64,000 nt of DNA, taken from NCBI GenBank assembly GCA_000438075.1, contig FR903548.1:48570-112569 (forward strand). The letters run 5' to 3'. Each line of letters opens with the position of its first letter. Within the stretch, counting starts at the first letter, position 1. The DNA comes from Clostridium sp. CAG:609. GTDB lineage: Bacteria; Bacillota_I; Bacilli_A; RF39; UBA660. A program made the translations under genes and the position numbers. The notes below the pieces were generated by a model. That model worked only from the letters and a program-made list of their open reading frames with translations. It was not told the DNA's origin and did not search any database. This document shows positions 8,464 through 16,731 of the stretch, in pieces.

Positions 8464-9453
8464 ATGAATGTAATAATTTCAAATAAATATCAATCATTAT
8501 TAGCAAGCCTAAATATTGATGTTATAAAAAGTATAAACGGAGAATTTTCAGTTGATGAATTAGTTCAACAATTTCAAAGTTTTTACTACAATAAAATGAT
8601 TATTGATATAACTGCTATAAAAGGCTATGAAGATATAAATGTTATGCAAAGTTTATCAGTAAATTTTGATATGTCTAAAGTAATAATTTTATTAGATGAT
8701 TCAGAAAAAGTAAACTCACCAATGTATATATCTCAACTTATTTCAATGGGTATTTATAATTTTACAAATGATGTAAACACAGTAAAATATTTAATTGATA
8801 ATCCAAATCAATATAAAGATGTTGCAAATTACCACAACATAAGTGGATTTAAGAAACCAGCCTTAAATGAAAGAGCAGTAGATAATACCAAAGGTAAAAT
8901 TGGTCAAAAGGTAATAGGTTTTAAAAATGTAACAGAACATGCCGGAGCAACAACTTTAGTATATTTACTTAAATTACATTTAGAAAAAAGTTATAAAGTT
9001 AAAGCTGTTGAAGTAGATAAAAATGATTTTGTGTACTTTAATGATTCATCGTTAGAAAGCATATCAAGTATTAATTTTAATGATTTTGTATCCCAAAATG
9101 CAAATTATGATGTTATTTTAGTAGATATTAATGATGCAGATATTGAAGATTACTGTCAAGATATGGTATACTTAATTGAACCGGGATTAATTAAATTAAA
9201 TAAATTAATACGGAAAGATAATAGTATTTTTGAAAAGTTAAGAAATGATAAGATAGTTCTTAACAGAAGTGTACTAAATGAAAAAGATGTAATTGACTTC
9301 GAAAAAGAAAGTGGCAGTAAAGTATTTTATAACTTACCATGTCTAGATGATAAACTTGATGATCAAAGAGTTTTAAATGAATTTTTAACAGCTTTAGGAT
9401 TCAGTAGAGTGGAAGGAAGTCATTCATCAGGTATATTTAGTATATTTAAATAG
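8464..9453 (+). CDS. TadZ/CpaE-like protein: receiver-like N-domain plus ParA/MinD-fold domain with degenerate P-loop
   Basis: The C-domain has a MinD/ParA-like layout (KVIGFKNVTEHAGATTLVYLL...YDVILVDIN), but no GKS/T lysine is visible in the Walker A position. Located in the Tad-like locus. Confidence 0.5.
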   Translation: MNVIISNKYQSLLASLNIDVIKSINGEFSVDELVQQFQSFYYNKMIIDITAIKGYEDINVMQSLSVNFDMSKVIILLDDSEKVNSPMYISQLISMGIYNFTNDVNTVKYLIDNPNQYKDVANYHNISGFKKPALNERAVDNTKGKIGQKVIGFKNVTEHAGATTLVYLLKLHLEKSYKVKAVEVDKNDFVYFNDSSLESISSINFNDFVSQNANYDVILVDINDADIEDYCQDMVYLIEPGLIKLNKLIRKDNSIFEKLRNDKIVLNRSVLNEKDVIDFEKESGSKVFYNLPCLDDKLDDQRVLNEFLTALGFSRVEGSHSSGIFSIFK

Positions 9454-9464
9454 GGAGGTTTAAA

Positions 9465-9815
9465 ATGGAATTTTGTTACAAAAGTGCAACAATATGGCAA
9501 ATAGTTGGTAAAATAATATTTATAATTAAAATAATAGTACCAATATTAATTATTGTTCTAGCATCAATTGACTTAGGTAAAGCAACAATATCAAGTGATG
9601 ATAAAGCTATATCAAAAGCAGGAAAAACACTACTACGAAGGATAGTAACTGGTATCATCATATTCTTTATTCCATTACTAATTAAAGTATTATTTAATAT
9701 GGTAGCGGGTTTTAATGAAGATATAAAAAATGATTATGAAAATTGTGTTGTTTGTTTAACAGATCCTTATAATGAATGTGATACATCATATAAAGGTGAA
9801 ATATTTACAAAGTAA
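9465..9815 (+). CDS. Small 2-TM membrane protein with Cys-rich C-terminal tail (VirB2/TrbC-like topology; function unknown)
   Basis: SD GGGAGG. The layout is TM1, a conserved loop DLGKATISSDDKAISKAGKTLLRR, TM2, then a tail NCVVCLTDPYNEC. It is a paralog of the next ORF. Confidence 0.5.
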   Translation: MEFCYKSATIWQIVGKIIFIIKIIVPILIIVLASIDLGKATISSDDKAISKAGKTLLRRIVTGIIIFFIPLLIKVLFNMVAGFNEDIKNDYENCVVCLTDPYNECDTSYKGEIFTK

Positions 9816-9828
9816 ATATCATAAAAGA

Positions 9829-9857
9829 TTGACTTTACAGCTATTTTAGGGTAAAAT
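9829..9857 (+). promoter_or_regulatory. Sigma-A-type promoter for the second 2-TM gene
   Basis: TTGACT (9829-9834), 17-nt spacer, TAAAAT (9852-9857). Confidence 0.5.
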
Positions 9858-9886
9858 AAATGTATACAAAGGGAGGAGTGTTATTT

Positions 9887-10201
9887 ATGACTTTTTGTAC
9901 TGATGCACGTGATATTTTCTATACTATAGGAATGTTCTTACTAGTATTTAAAATTGTGATTCCTATTTTATTAATTATATTTGGTATGGTTGATTTAGGA
10001 AAAGCAGTTATTGCCAGTGATGATAAAGCTGTATCAAAAGCAGCAAAATCATTATTAAATCGTGTAATCGCTGGTATATGTATCTTCTTCGTTCCACTAA
10101 TCGTAAGTATTGTATTTAAGATGGTTGGTTCATTCGGAGAAGTTAAAGATCAATTTGATGTTTGTGCTAACTGTATTGCTAGTCCAACAACAAAATGTTA
10201 G
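9887..10201 (+). CDS. Small 2-TM membrane protein with Cys-rich tail (paralog 2)
   Basis: The start is moved to ATG 9887 behind SD GGGAGGAG; MTFCTDARD aligns with MEFCYKSAT of the paralog. Conserved loop DLGKAVIASDDKAVSKAAKSLLNR. Tail VCANCIASPTTKC. Confidence 0.5.
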   Translation: MTFCTDARDIFYTIGMFLLVFKIVIPILLIIFGMVDLGKAVIASDDKAVSKAAKSLLNRVIAGICIFFVPLIVSIVFKMVGSFGEVKDQFDVCANCIASPTTKC

Positions 10202-10394
10202 TTAATTAAAGCTATTAAGGTAGTCAAAAAAGACTATCTTTTATTTTGGTACAAAATAAAAGATCCATTAGATATTTCTAATGATCTTTAGCAGTACAAT
10301 GACATCTCATATAACATAATATACATTCTGGTATATATATTATGCATGAAAGGAGCAAGATGTCATCAATTAAATATTACCATAATTAATAAAA

Positions 10395-10434
10395 AAATAC
10401 AATAAAAAAGATAGATTAGTTACAAATCTATCTT
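10395..10434 (-). terminator. Rho-independent terminator of the 10452-11900 gene
   Basis: A perfect 10-bp stem AAGATAGATT/AATCTATCTT (10408-10434) has a 7-nt loop and is followed on the minus strand by a T-rich run. Confidence 0.6.
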
Positions 10435-10451
10435 GAATTTAAGTTTAATAA

Positions 10452-11900
10452 TTAAGCATTTCTATCTTCATAGATGCCTGTATATTCCCAACCAGCTAAT
10501 GAAGTTTCTTTGCTCCATGTATATTTAGGAGTTCTATGTATCCATTTAACTTCTACTTTTTTATCTGATTTAGTGTATCCAGGATACTTACTAGCATTTG
10601 ATTCAGTATCTCTTACACATGTATTCTTATCAGTATAAGTTACATTGAATTTTAATGGAACAAAGTAAACAGAACCTTTTTCACTTGAATATGGAACAAC
10701 ACCATTACCATTATAGAAATTAATAGTAACTCTAGTTCTATAAGTACCACCAGAAAGGTATGCATCTTGAACTGTGAACCCAAAATTATTTCTAGTTAAT
10801 GCTGAAGCTCTAAATACTGTAGCATTTTTAGGAACAATATCCCACTTAAAGTCATTACCAGTTTGATATACATTATATTTATTATCAAGGTATGCTTGGT
10901 AATCAGTTAAATTATTACTGAAGTATGAAATACTGTTTCTTACGATAGATAAATCATTAACGTTATCAGGGATATTTAACATTTGTAATTCGTAATTGTA
11001 TGAAGTACTCTTTGATGAAGAACCAACCCAACTAGTTGAGTAAATAGTTTTAGTATCTACTTTACAATAGTTATAAGTAACGGTTTCAGTAGATTTGTTT
11101 TCAGCATCTTTTTCATAAGAATATCCATCTGACCATTCACTCCATTTTCTATATTTATAATATCTTACTTTAGATGGAGTAGGAGTTGGATCTGGTGTAG
11201 GTGTAGGTTTAGTATCACTTCCACAATCAAAACAACAACTTCCACAACTTACATTAACGGTTACAGTAGTTTTAACAGTTACAGTAGATGTACTCTTTGT
11301 ACTTGAACTAGCACTATTTGAAGAACTAGAACTAGAACTTGAACCAGTATTTCCTTTAGTAACAGTCTTGTTATTATCTGTTTTACCATTATTGTTTGTT
11401 GTAGTATCAATTACAACATCTGAGTTAGTAGCATTGTTTTTACAAGTATCACTACTTGAGCATATATCAGCACTTTCAATTGTAGTAACTATAAAGTCTG
11501 ATTGCTTTCCACAAGTTAAACTAACCTTTAAAGCATAGTTACCATCAGCAGTTTTAGTAGCTTGAACATAACTTGAATTAGTATCACAAACTTTACCATC
11601 GTTAGTAAAATCAATTAATAACTTTTGGTTAATCATTTGAGCCAAAGTAAGTTTTTCAGTACCTCCAACTTTTTCAGGTAACTTAGATTTAGTGAAATAT
11701 TCAAATGCAGCAGTTTTCATAGTACTGATATTTGTAATATAATCACTATTTGAGCTAGCTAATGTATTGCTACTTGAATTTTTACCAGTAACTTTAGTAA
11801 AAATTAATCCAGCAAGGAATACAATAACAGCTAGAATCACTAACTTAATAAGAAGTGATCCCCAATTTAAACTTAAATTTTTATTTCCTTCTTCGTACAT
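10452..11900 (-). CDS. Membrane-anchored surface protein: pilin-like globular domain, Ser/Thr-rich and PT-repeat linkers, beta-rich C-domain
   Basis: N-terminal TM (LLIKLVILAVIVFLAGLIF). The segment LTLAQMINQKLLIDFTNDGKVCDTNSSYVQATKTADGNYALKVSLTCGK resembles the globular head common in Firmicute type IV pilin-like proteins. Poly-Ser run, CGSCCFDCG, PTPTPDPTPTPS. It has its own consensus promoter and terminator. Confidence 0.55.
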   Translation of the reverse strand: MYEEGNKNLSLNWGSLLIKLVILAVIVFLAGLIFTKVTGKNSSSNTLASSNSDYITNISTMKTAAFEYFTKSKLPEKVGGTEKLTLAQMINQKLLIDFTNDGKVCDTNSSYVQATKTADGNYALKVSLTCGKQSDFIVTTIESADICSSSDTCKNNATNSDVVIDTTTNNNGKTDNNKTVTKGNTGSSSSSSSSNSASSSTKSTSTVTVKTTVTVNVSCGSCCFDCGSDTKPTPTPDPTPTPSKVRYYKYRKWSEWSDGYSYEKDAENKSTETVTYNYCKVDTKTIYSTSWVGSSSKSTSYNYELQMLNIPDNVNDLSIVRNSISYFSNNLTDYQAYLDNKYNVYQTGNDFKWDIVPKNATVFRASALTRNNFGFTVQDAYLSGGTYRTRVTINFYNGNGVVPYSSEKGSVYFVPLKFNVTYTDKNTCVRDTESNASKYPGYTKSDKKVEVKWIHRTPKYTWSKETSLAGWEYTGIYEDRNA

Positions 11901-11949
11901 AATTCGTACCCCCTTCGTTATGGAAAAAATATTCCTTTAAGTGCCTCAT

Positions 11950-11978
11950 ATTCTACCACAAATATATGATTTTGTCAA
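11950..11978 (-). promoter_or_regulatory. Near-consensus sigma-A promoter of the 10452-11900 gene
   Basis: On the minus strand: TTGACA, 17-nt spacer, (TGg)TAGAAT. The plus-strand complements are TGTCAA at 11973-11978 and ATTCTA at 11950-11955. Confidence 0.55.
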
Positions 11979-12053
11979 ATATAATATTGCACATTTACGT
12001 AAAGAATAAAAATAGGTAAAAAATGAAAAAAATATAAAAAAGCCACAGAACAT

Positions 12054-12082
12054 TTGACACAAATACATGTTTGTGATATAGT
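12054..12082 (+). promoter_or_regulatory. Sigma-A-type promoter of uvrA
   Basis: TTGACA (12054-12059), 17-nt spacer, (TGa)TATAGT (12077-12082). Confidence 0.5.
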
Positions 12083-12136
12083 ATTCGTGTATCGAAAAAA
12101 GATTTTGTGTTAAAATATAAAAAAGAGGTGTTAAAA

Positions 12137-14947
12137 ATGGCAAATACAGATAAGATAATAATTAAAGGTGCAAGAGAAAATAACCTTAAAAATATTGATA
12201 TTGAAATTCCCAAAAATAAGCTAGTTGTAATGACTGGGGTTTCGGGAAGTGGAAAAAGTAGTTTAGCATTTGATACAATCTATGCTGAAGGACAAAGAAG
12301 ATATGTTGAAAGCTTGTCGGCATATGCAAGACAATTCATTGGGGTTAATGATAAACCAGATGTTGATTCAATCGAAGGGTTAAGTCCATCTATATCTATA
12401 GATCAAAAATCTACTAATAAAAATCCTCGTTCAACAGTTGGAACAATAACAGAAATATATGATTACTTAAGATTACTATTTGCAAGAATTGCTCATCCTT
12501 ATTGTCCAACTCATCACATTCCAATAAAATCACAAAGTATTGAAGAAATGACAAATAAAGTCATGGAATATAAGAATAAAAATGTAACAATATTGGCTCC
12601 GGTTGTGCATGGAGAAAAAGGAACTCACAAAGATTTATTTGATGAACTAAGAAAAGAAGGATATTCTAAGGTCAGAGTAAATGGCAAGATTATGAGTCTA
12701 AATGAAGAAATAAATTTAGAAAAAAACATCAAAGACAATATAGATATAATAATGGATAAAATAACTGTTGATGATGAAGAATATGGAAGAATATTCGAAG
12801 CAATCGAAGCAAGTACAAAAAAAGCAGATGGTAAAGTAGTTTTACTTGTTGATGATGAAGAAATATTTATGAGTGAAAAATATGCATGTAAAATATGTAA
12901 TTACTCAATACCTGAACTAGAACCAAGATTATTTTCATTTAATGCCCCGTATGGTGCATGTGAAGAATGTAAAGGTCTAGGTACAAAACTTCATATAAGC
13001 AAGGAATTACTAATACCAAATCCAGATAAATCAATTATTGAAGGAGCAATAACTGCTTTAAGTATGGATTCAAATACATACTTTACTCAAATCGAAGCAG
13101 TATGTAACAAATATGGTATTAACATGTATGAACCAGTAAAGAACATTCCTGAAGAAAAATTTAACTATATATTATATGGAACAAATGAAATATTAGAATA
13201 TAATTATGTATCTAAAAATGGAAGTACAAGACATACATCAGGTCCATATGAAGGCGTAATACCAGCTCTAGAAAGAAGATATGTTGAAACAAAAAGTGGC
13301 TGGATTAGAGACTGGTTACAAGGATACATGGTAGAAACAGAATGTCCAGTTTGTAAAGGTAAAAGATTACAAAAATCTGTATTATCTATATATATTAATG
13401 ATAAGAATATTTTTGATATGACTGATATGTCAATCGGAGATTTATTAGAATTTGTTAAAAAAATAAAATTAACAAATGAAGAAAAAGAAATAAGTAGTTT
13501 AATATTAAAAGAAATTATATCAAGATTAGAGTTTCTAAATAATGTTGGATTATCATATTTGACATTGACTCGTAGTGCAGGAACATTATCAGGGGGAGAA
13601 GCTCAACGTATAAGATTAGCAACTCAAATTGGATCAAAATTATCTGGAGTATTATATGTTTTAGATGAACCAAGTATTGGACTCCACCAAAAAGATAACG
13701 AAAGACTCATTAATTCTTTAAAAGAAATGAGAAATCTAGGAAACTCTTTAATAGTAGTAGAACACGATACTGACACAATGCTTGCAGCCGATTTTCTAGT
13801 TGATGTTGGTCCAGGTGCTGGTGAATATGGCGGACAAATTATGGCTGCAGGAACACCTGAAGAAGTAATGAAAAATCCAAATAGCTTAACTGGAAAATAT
13901 TTAAGCGGAGAACTTCAAATTGAAGTGCCAAAGACAAGAAGAAAAGGAAACGGTAAGAAAATAAGTATCAAAGGTGCCAAAGAAAACAATTTAAAAAATG
14001 TAAATGTTGATATACCATTAAACAAACTAGTAGTTGTAACAGGTGTATCAGGTTCAGGAAAATCATCCTTAATAAATGAAGTCCTATACAAGAAGGTTGC
14101 AAATGAATTATACCGAAGCAAAGTAGTACCTGGTAAATGTAAAGAAATAGTAGGACTAGAAAACATTGATAAAGTTATTCAAATAACTCAAGATGCTATA
14201 GGTAGAACTCCAAGAAGTAATCCTGCAACATATGTAGGAGTATTTGATGATATTCGTGATATATTTGCGGAAACTAAAGAAGCAAAGATGCGTGGTTATG
14301 ACAAAGGTCGTTTCTCATTTAATGTTAAAGGTGGAAGATGTGAAAACTGTTGGGGTGATGGCGTTAAGAAAATTGAAATGCATTTCTTAGCAGATGTATA
14401 CGTTCCATGTGATGTATGTAAAGGAAGAAGATATAATAGAGAAACTCTAGAAATAAAATATAAGGGTAAAAACATTAGTGAAGTTTTAGACATGAGAGTA
14501 AATGAAGCTCTAGAATTCTTCCAAAACGTACCCAAAATATACAATAAATTAAAAGTTATGATGGATGTAGGTCTTTCATATATTAAATTAGGTCAATCAG
14601 CACCAACATTGTCAGGTGGTGAAGCAGGTCGTGTAAAACTTGCAAAAGAACTACAAAAAAAAGCAACCGGAAAATCTCTATTTATATTGGATGAACCCAC
14701 AACAGGTCTTCATTCCGATGATATAAAAAAATTATTAGTAATATTAAATCGTATCGTTGATAATGGTGATACAGTAATTGTTATTGAACACAATCTAGAT
14801 GTTATAAAAGTAGCAGATTATATAATTGACTTAGGTCCAGATGGTGGAAAAAATGGTGGAAAAGTAATTGCCCTAGGTACACCGGAAGAAGTTGCTAAAA
14901 ATAAAAAATCTTATACTGGAGAATTCTTGGCAAAAATACTAAAATAA
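12137..14947 (+). CDS. uvrA: Excinuclease ABC subunit A
   Basis: Two ABC modules (GVSGSGKSS twice, LSGGE signatures), zinc-finger Cys pairs, and a [21 protein letters not shown]-terminus typical of UvrA. The start is ATG 12137 behind SD AGAGGTG; the track start 12107 is rejected. Confidence 0.97.
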   Translation: MANTDKIIIKGARENNLKNIDIEIPKNKLVVMTGVSGSGKSSLAFDTIYAEGQRRYVESLSAYARQFIGVNDKPDVDSIEGLSPSISIDQKSTNKNPRSTVGTITEIYDYLRLLFARIAHPYCPTHHIPIKSQSIEEMTNKVMEYKNKNVTILAPVVHGEKGTHKDLFDELRKEGYSKVRVNGKIMSLNEEINLEKNIKDNIDIIMDKITVDDEEYGRIFEAIEASTKKADGKVVLLVDDEEIFMSEKYACKICNYSIPELEPRLFSFNAPYGACEECKGLGTKLHISKELLIPNPDKSIIEGAITALSMDSNTYFTQIEAVCNKYGINMYEPVKNIPEEKFNYILYGTNEILEYNYVSKNGSTRHTSGPYEGVIPALERRYVETKSGWIRDWLQGYMVETECPVCKGKRLQKSVLSIYINDKNIFDMTDMSIGDLLEFVKKIKLTNEEKEISSLILKEIISRLEFLNNVGLSYLTLTRSAGTLSGGEAQRIRLATQIGSKLSGVLYVLDEPSIGLHQKDNERLINSLKEMRNLGNSLIVVEHDTDTMLAADFLVDVGPGAGEYGGQIMAAGTPEEVMKNPNSLTGKYLSGELQIEVPKTRRKGNGKKISIKGAKENNLKNVNVDIPLNKLVVVTGVSGSGKSSLINEVLYKKVANELYRSKVVPGKCKEIVGLENIDKVIQITQDAIGRTPRSNPATYVGVFDDIRDIFAETKEAKMRGYDKGRFSFNVKGGRCENCWGDGVKKIEMHFLADVYVPCDVCKGRRYNRETLEIKYKGKNISEVLDMRVNEALEFFQNVPKIYNKLKVMMDVGLSYIKLGQSAPTLSGGEAGRVKLAKELQKKATGKSLFILDEPTTGLHSDDIKKLLVILNRIVDNGDTVIVIEHNLDVIKVADYIIDLGPDGGKNGGKVIALGTPEEVAKNKKSYTGEFLAKILK

Positions 14948-14974
14948 TGTTATAATATTTTAGGAGAGTGAAAC

Positions 14975-15784
14975 ATGAATAGATATATTTTTACAATAGG
15001 TAATTTTAAAGTTGAATGGTACTCAGTACTTATCATCATCGGGGTTATGATTGGTTTAACAATGGTTATGAAAGAAGCAAAAAGATATAAATACCCAACA
15101 GAATTTGTATTTAACATGTGTTTTTGGGCAATAATTGCCGGAATCATCGGAGCAAGAATTTATTATGTGCTATTTAATTTAAATTTATATGATAGCTTCT
15201 GGGATGTATTTAAAATCTGGGAAGGCGGACTTGCAATTCATGGTGGATTAATTGCTGGATTAATTGTCATAATATTGTATTGCAAAAAATATAATGCCAG
15301 AGCAATCAGATTTATTGACTTTTTAGTTCCAGCATTATTACTAGCTCAAGCAATAGGTAGATGGGGTAACTTCTTTAATAGTGAAGCTCATGGTGCAGCA
15401 ACGACACTTGAACATTTACAAAGCCTACACATACCAAGCTTTATTATTGAGGGAATGAATATCGGTGGAATATATTACACACCAACATTCCTATATGAAT
15501 CTATATGGTGCTTTATTGGTTTTATAATAATTCTAATAGCACGTCGCCTAAAATATACAAAAGTTGGTCAACCATTTGCATTATATTTAATGTGGTATGG
15601 ACTAGGTAGGTTCATAATTGAAAGTATGAGAACAGATTCTCTTATGCTCGGCGGATTTAAAATGGCTCAAATAACTTCCGTATTAATGATACTAGTTGGG
15701 TTAATAATAATAATGATAACAGGAAGAAAAGGAAAATTCGAAGATTTATATAATCAAGATGAAAATGAAGTAATAAGATTTTAA
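14975..15784 (+). CDS. lgt: Prolipoprotein diacylglyceryl transferase
   Basis: Polytopic protein. It has the GRWGNFFNSEAHG motif and the LWYGLGRFIIESMRTD block characteristic of Lgt. Confidence 0.9.
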   Translation: MNRYIFTIGNFKVEWYSVLIIIGVMIGLTMVMKEAKRYKYPTEFVFNMCFWAIIAGIIGARIYYVLFNLNLYDSFWDVFKIWEGGLAIHGGLIAGLIVIILYCKKYNARAIRFIDFLVPALLLAQAIGRWGNFFNSEAHGAATTLEHLQSLHIPSFIIEGMNIGGIYYTPTFLYESIWCFIGFIIILIARRLKYTKVGQPFALYLMWYGLGRFIIESMRTDSLMLGGFKMAQITSVLMILVGLIIIMITGRKGKFEDLYNQDENEVIRF

Positions 15785-15796
15785 TGAGGTGATGTT

Positions 15797-16678
15797 ATGT
15801 ATGACATTATAATAATAGGAATGGGTATCAGTGGGATAACCGCGGGTATCTATGCAAAGCGAAGTAATAAAAAAATTCTTTTGATTGACAAAGGTACGGT
15901 TGGAGGTTTACTAAACAACATAGATAAGGTTAGTAATTATCCGGGATTAATAAATATTGAAGGACCAGAATTTGCAGCAATACTTGAAAGTCAAATCAAA
16001 GAGTTAAATATTCCATTTACTTTCGAAGAAGTTAAATCACTTGATTTAGATAGCAAAGTAAAAAAAGTAATAACAGATAAAAATATCTATGAAGCAAAGA
16101 AAGTTATTTTGGCAATGGGAAGAAAACCAAAATTTTTAGGTCTTGATAATGAAAAAGATTTACTTGGCAAAGGCTTATCAACATGTGCAATGTGTGATGC
16201 ATTCTTTTATAAAGATAAAGATATAGCAGTAGTAGGTACTGGTAATAGTGCTCTGGAAGAATCATTGTATTTGTCAAATATTGTAAATCACATTTATTTA
16301 ATAAATCGAAGGGATGGTTTTCGCGGAGAAGCTTCTTTGGTTGAACAAGTTAAAAATAATAGTAAAATTGAAATAATTTATAATAGTAATATAAAGAAAG
16401 TAAATACTAAAGATGAAAAAATTTCATCAATAACTTTAGATAATGGAACTTCGATTGATGTAACTGGTGTATTCATTTATGTGGGATATAAACCTGCAAC
16501 AGAATTTGTACCAAATATAATACTTGATGATGAAGGATATGTTAAAGTAAACGAAAAGTTAGAAACCAAAATAAATGGTGTGTATGCAACAGGAGATGTT
16601 ATTAAAAAAGATACATATCAACTTATAACTGCGGCTTCTGATGGAGCCAGAGTTATTACAAATATGAAACAGGATTAA
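15797..16678 (+). CDS. trxB: Thioredoxin-disulfide reductase family flavoprotein
   Basis: FAD GxGxxG (IIIGMGISG), redox CAMC motif, NAD(P)H site VVGTGNSALEE, C-terminal GDV...QLITAASDG. Confidence 0.8.
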   Translation: MYDIIIIGMGISGITAGIYAKRSNKKILLIDKGTVGGLLNNIDKVSNYPGLINIEGPEFAAILESQIKELNIPFTFEEVKSLDLDSKVKKVITDKNIYEAKKVILAMGRKPKFLGLDNEKDLLGKGLSTCAMCDAFFYKDKDIAVVGTGNSALEESLYLSNIVNHIYLINRRDGFRGEASLVEQVKNNSKIEIIYNSNIKKVNTKDEKISSITLDNGTSIDVTGVFIYVGYKPATEFVPNIILDDEGYVKVNEKLETKINGVYATGDVIKKDTYQLITAASDGARVITNMKQD

Positions 16679-16731
16679 AATCTTGTTTTTTTTATATGTG
16701 TTATGATAAAATATTTATGAAGGAGATCACT

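Noticed and set aside
3984-10201. I considered an alternative reading of the locus as a conjugative type IV secretion system (VirB11-like ATPase plus VirB2-like small proteins).
   Set aside because: There is no VirB4, VirD4/coupling protein, relaxase, VirB6-like or cell-wall hydrolase gene. The presence of CpaB-like, TadB/C-topology, TadE-like and TadZ-like genes fits a Tad-type filament better.
12107-12136. The ORF track gives N-terminal extensions at several genes: 12107, 16696, 18379, 18636, 3975, 9860, 30103, 31224, 37464, 41458, 50018 and 62170.
   Set aside because: In each case a downstream ATG/GTG/TTG is preceded by a good Shine-Dalgarno sequence at 5-9 nt. The shorter product also begins with the conserved family N-terminus, such as MANTDKIII for UvrA and MGYKVQKWGNS for MazE. 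Several of the extended starts fall inside the SD or inside a -35 box.
12040-12136. I looked for a LexA/DinR (Cheo) box, GAAC-N4-GTTC, in the uvrA promoter region.
   Set aside because: Only partial or inside-out matches are present: GAACATTTGACA, the ACAAA-N6-TTTGT inverted repeat in the spacer, and TTCG-N5-CGAA downstream of -10. None fits the consensus, so no SOS operator is claimed.
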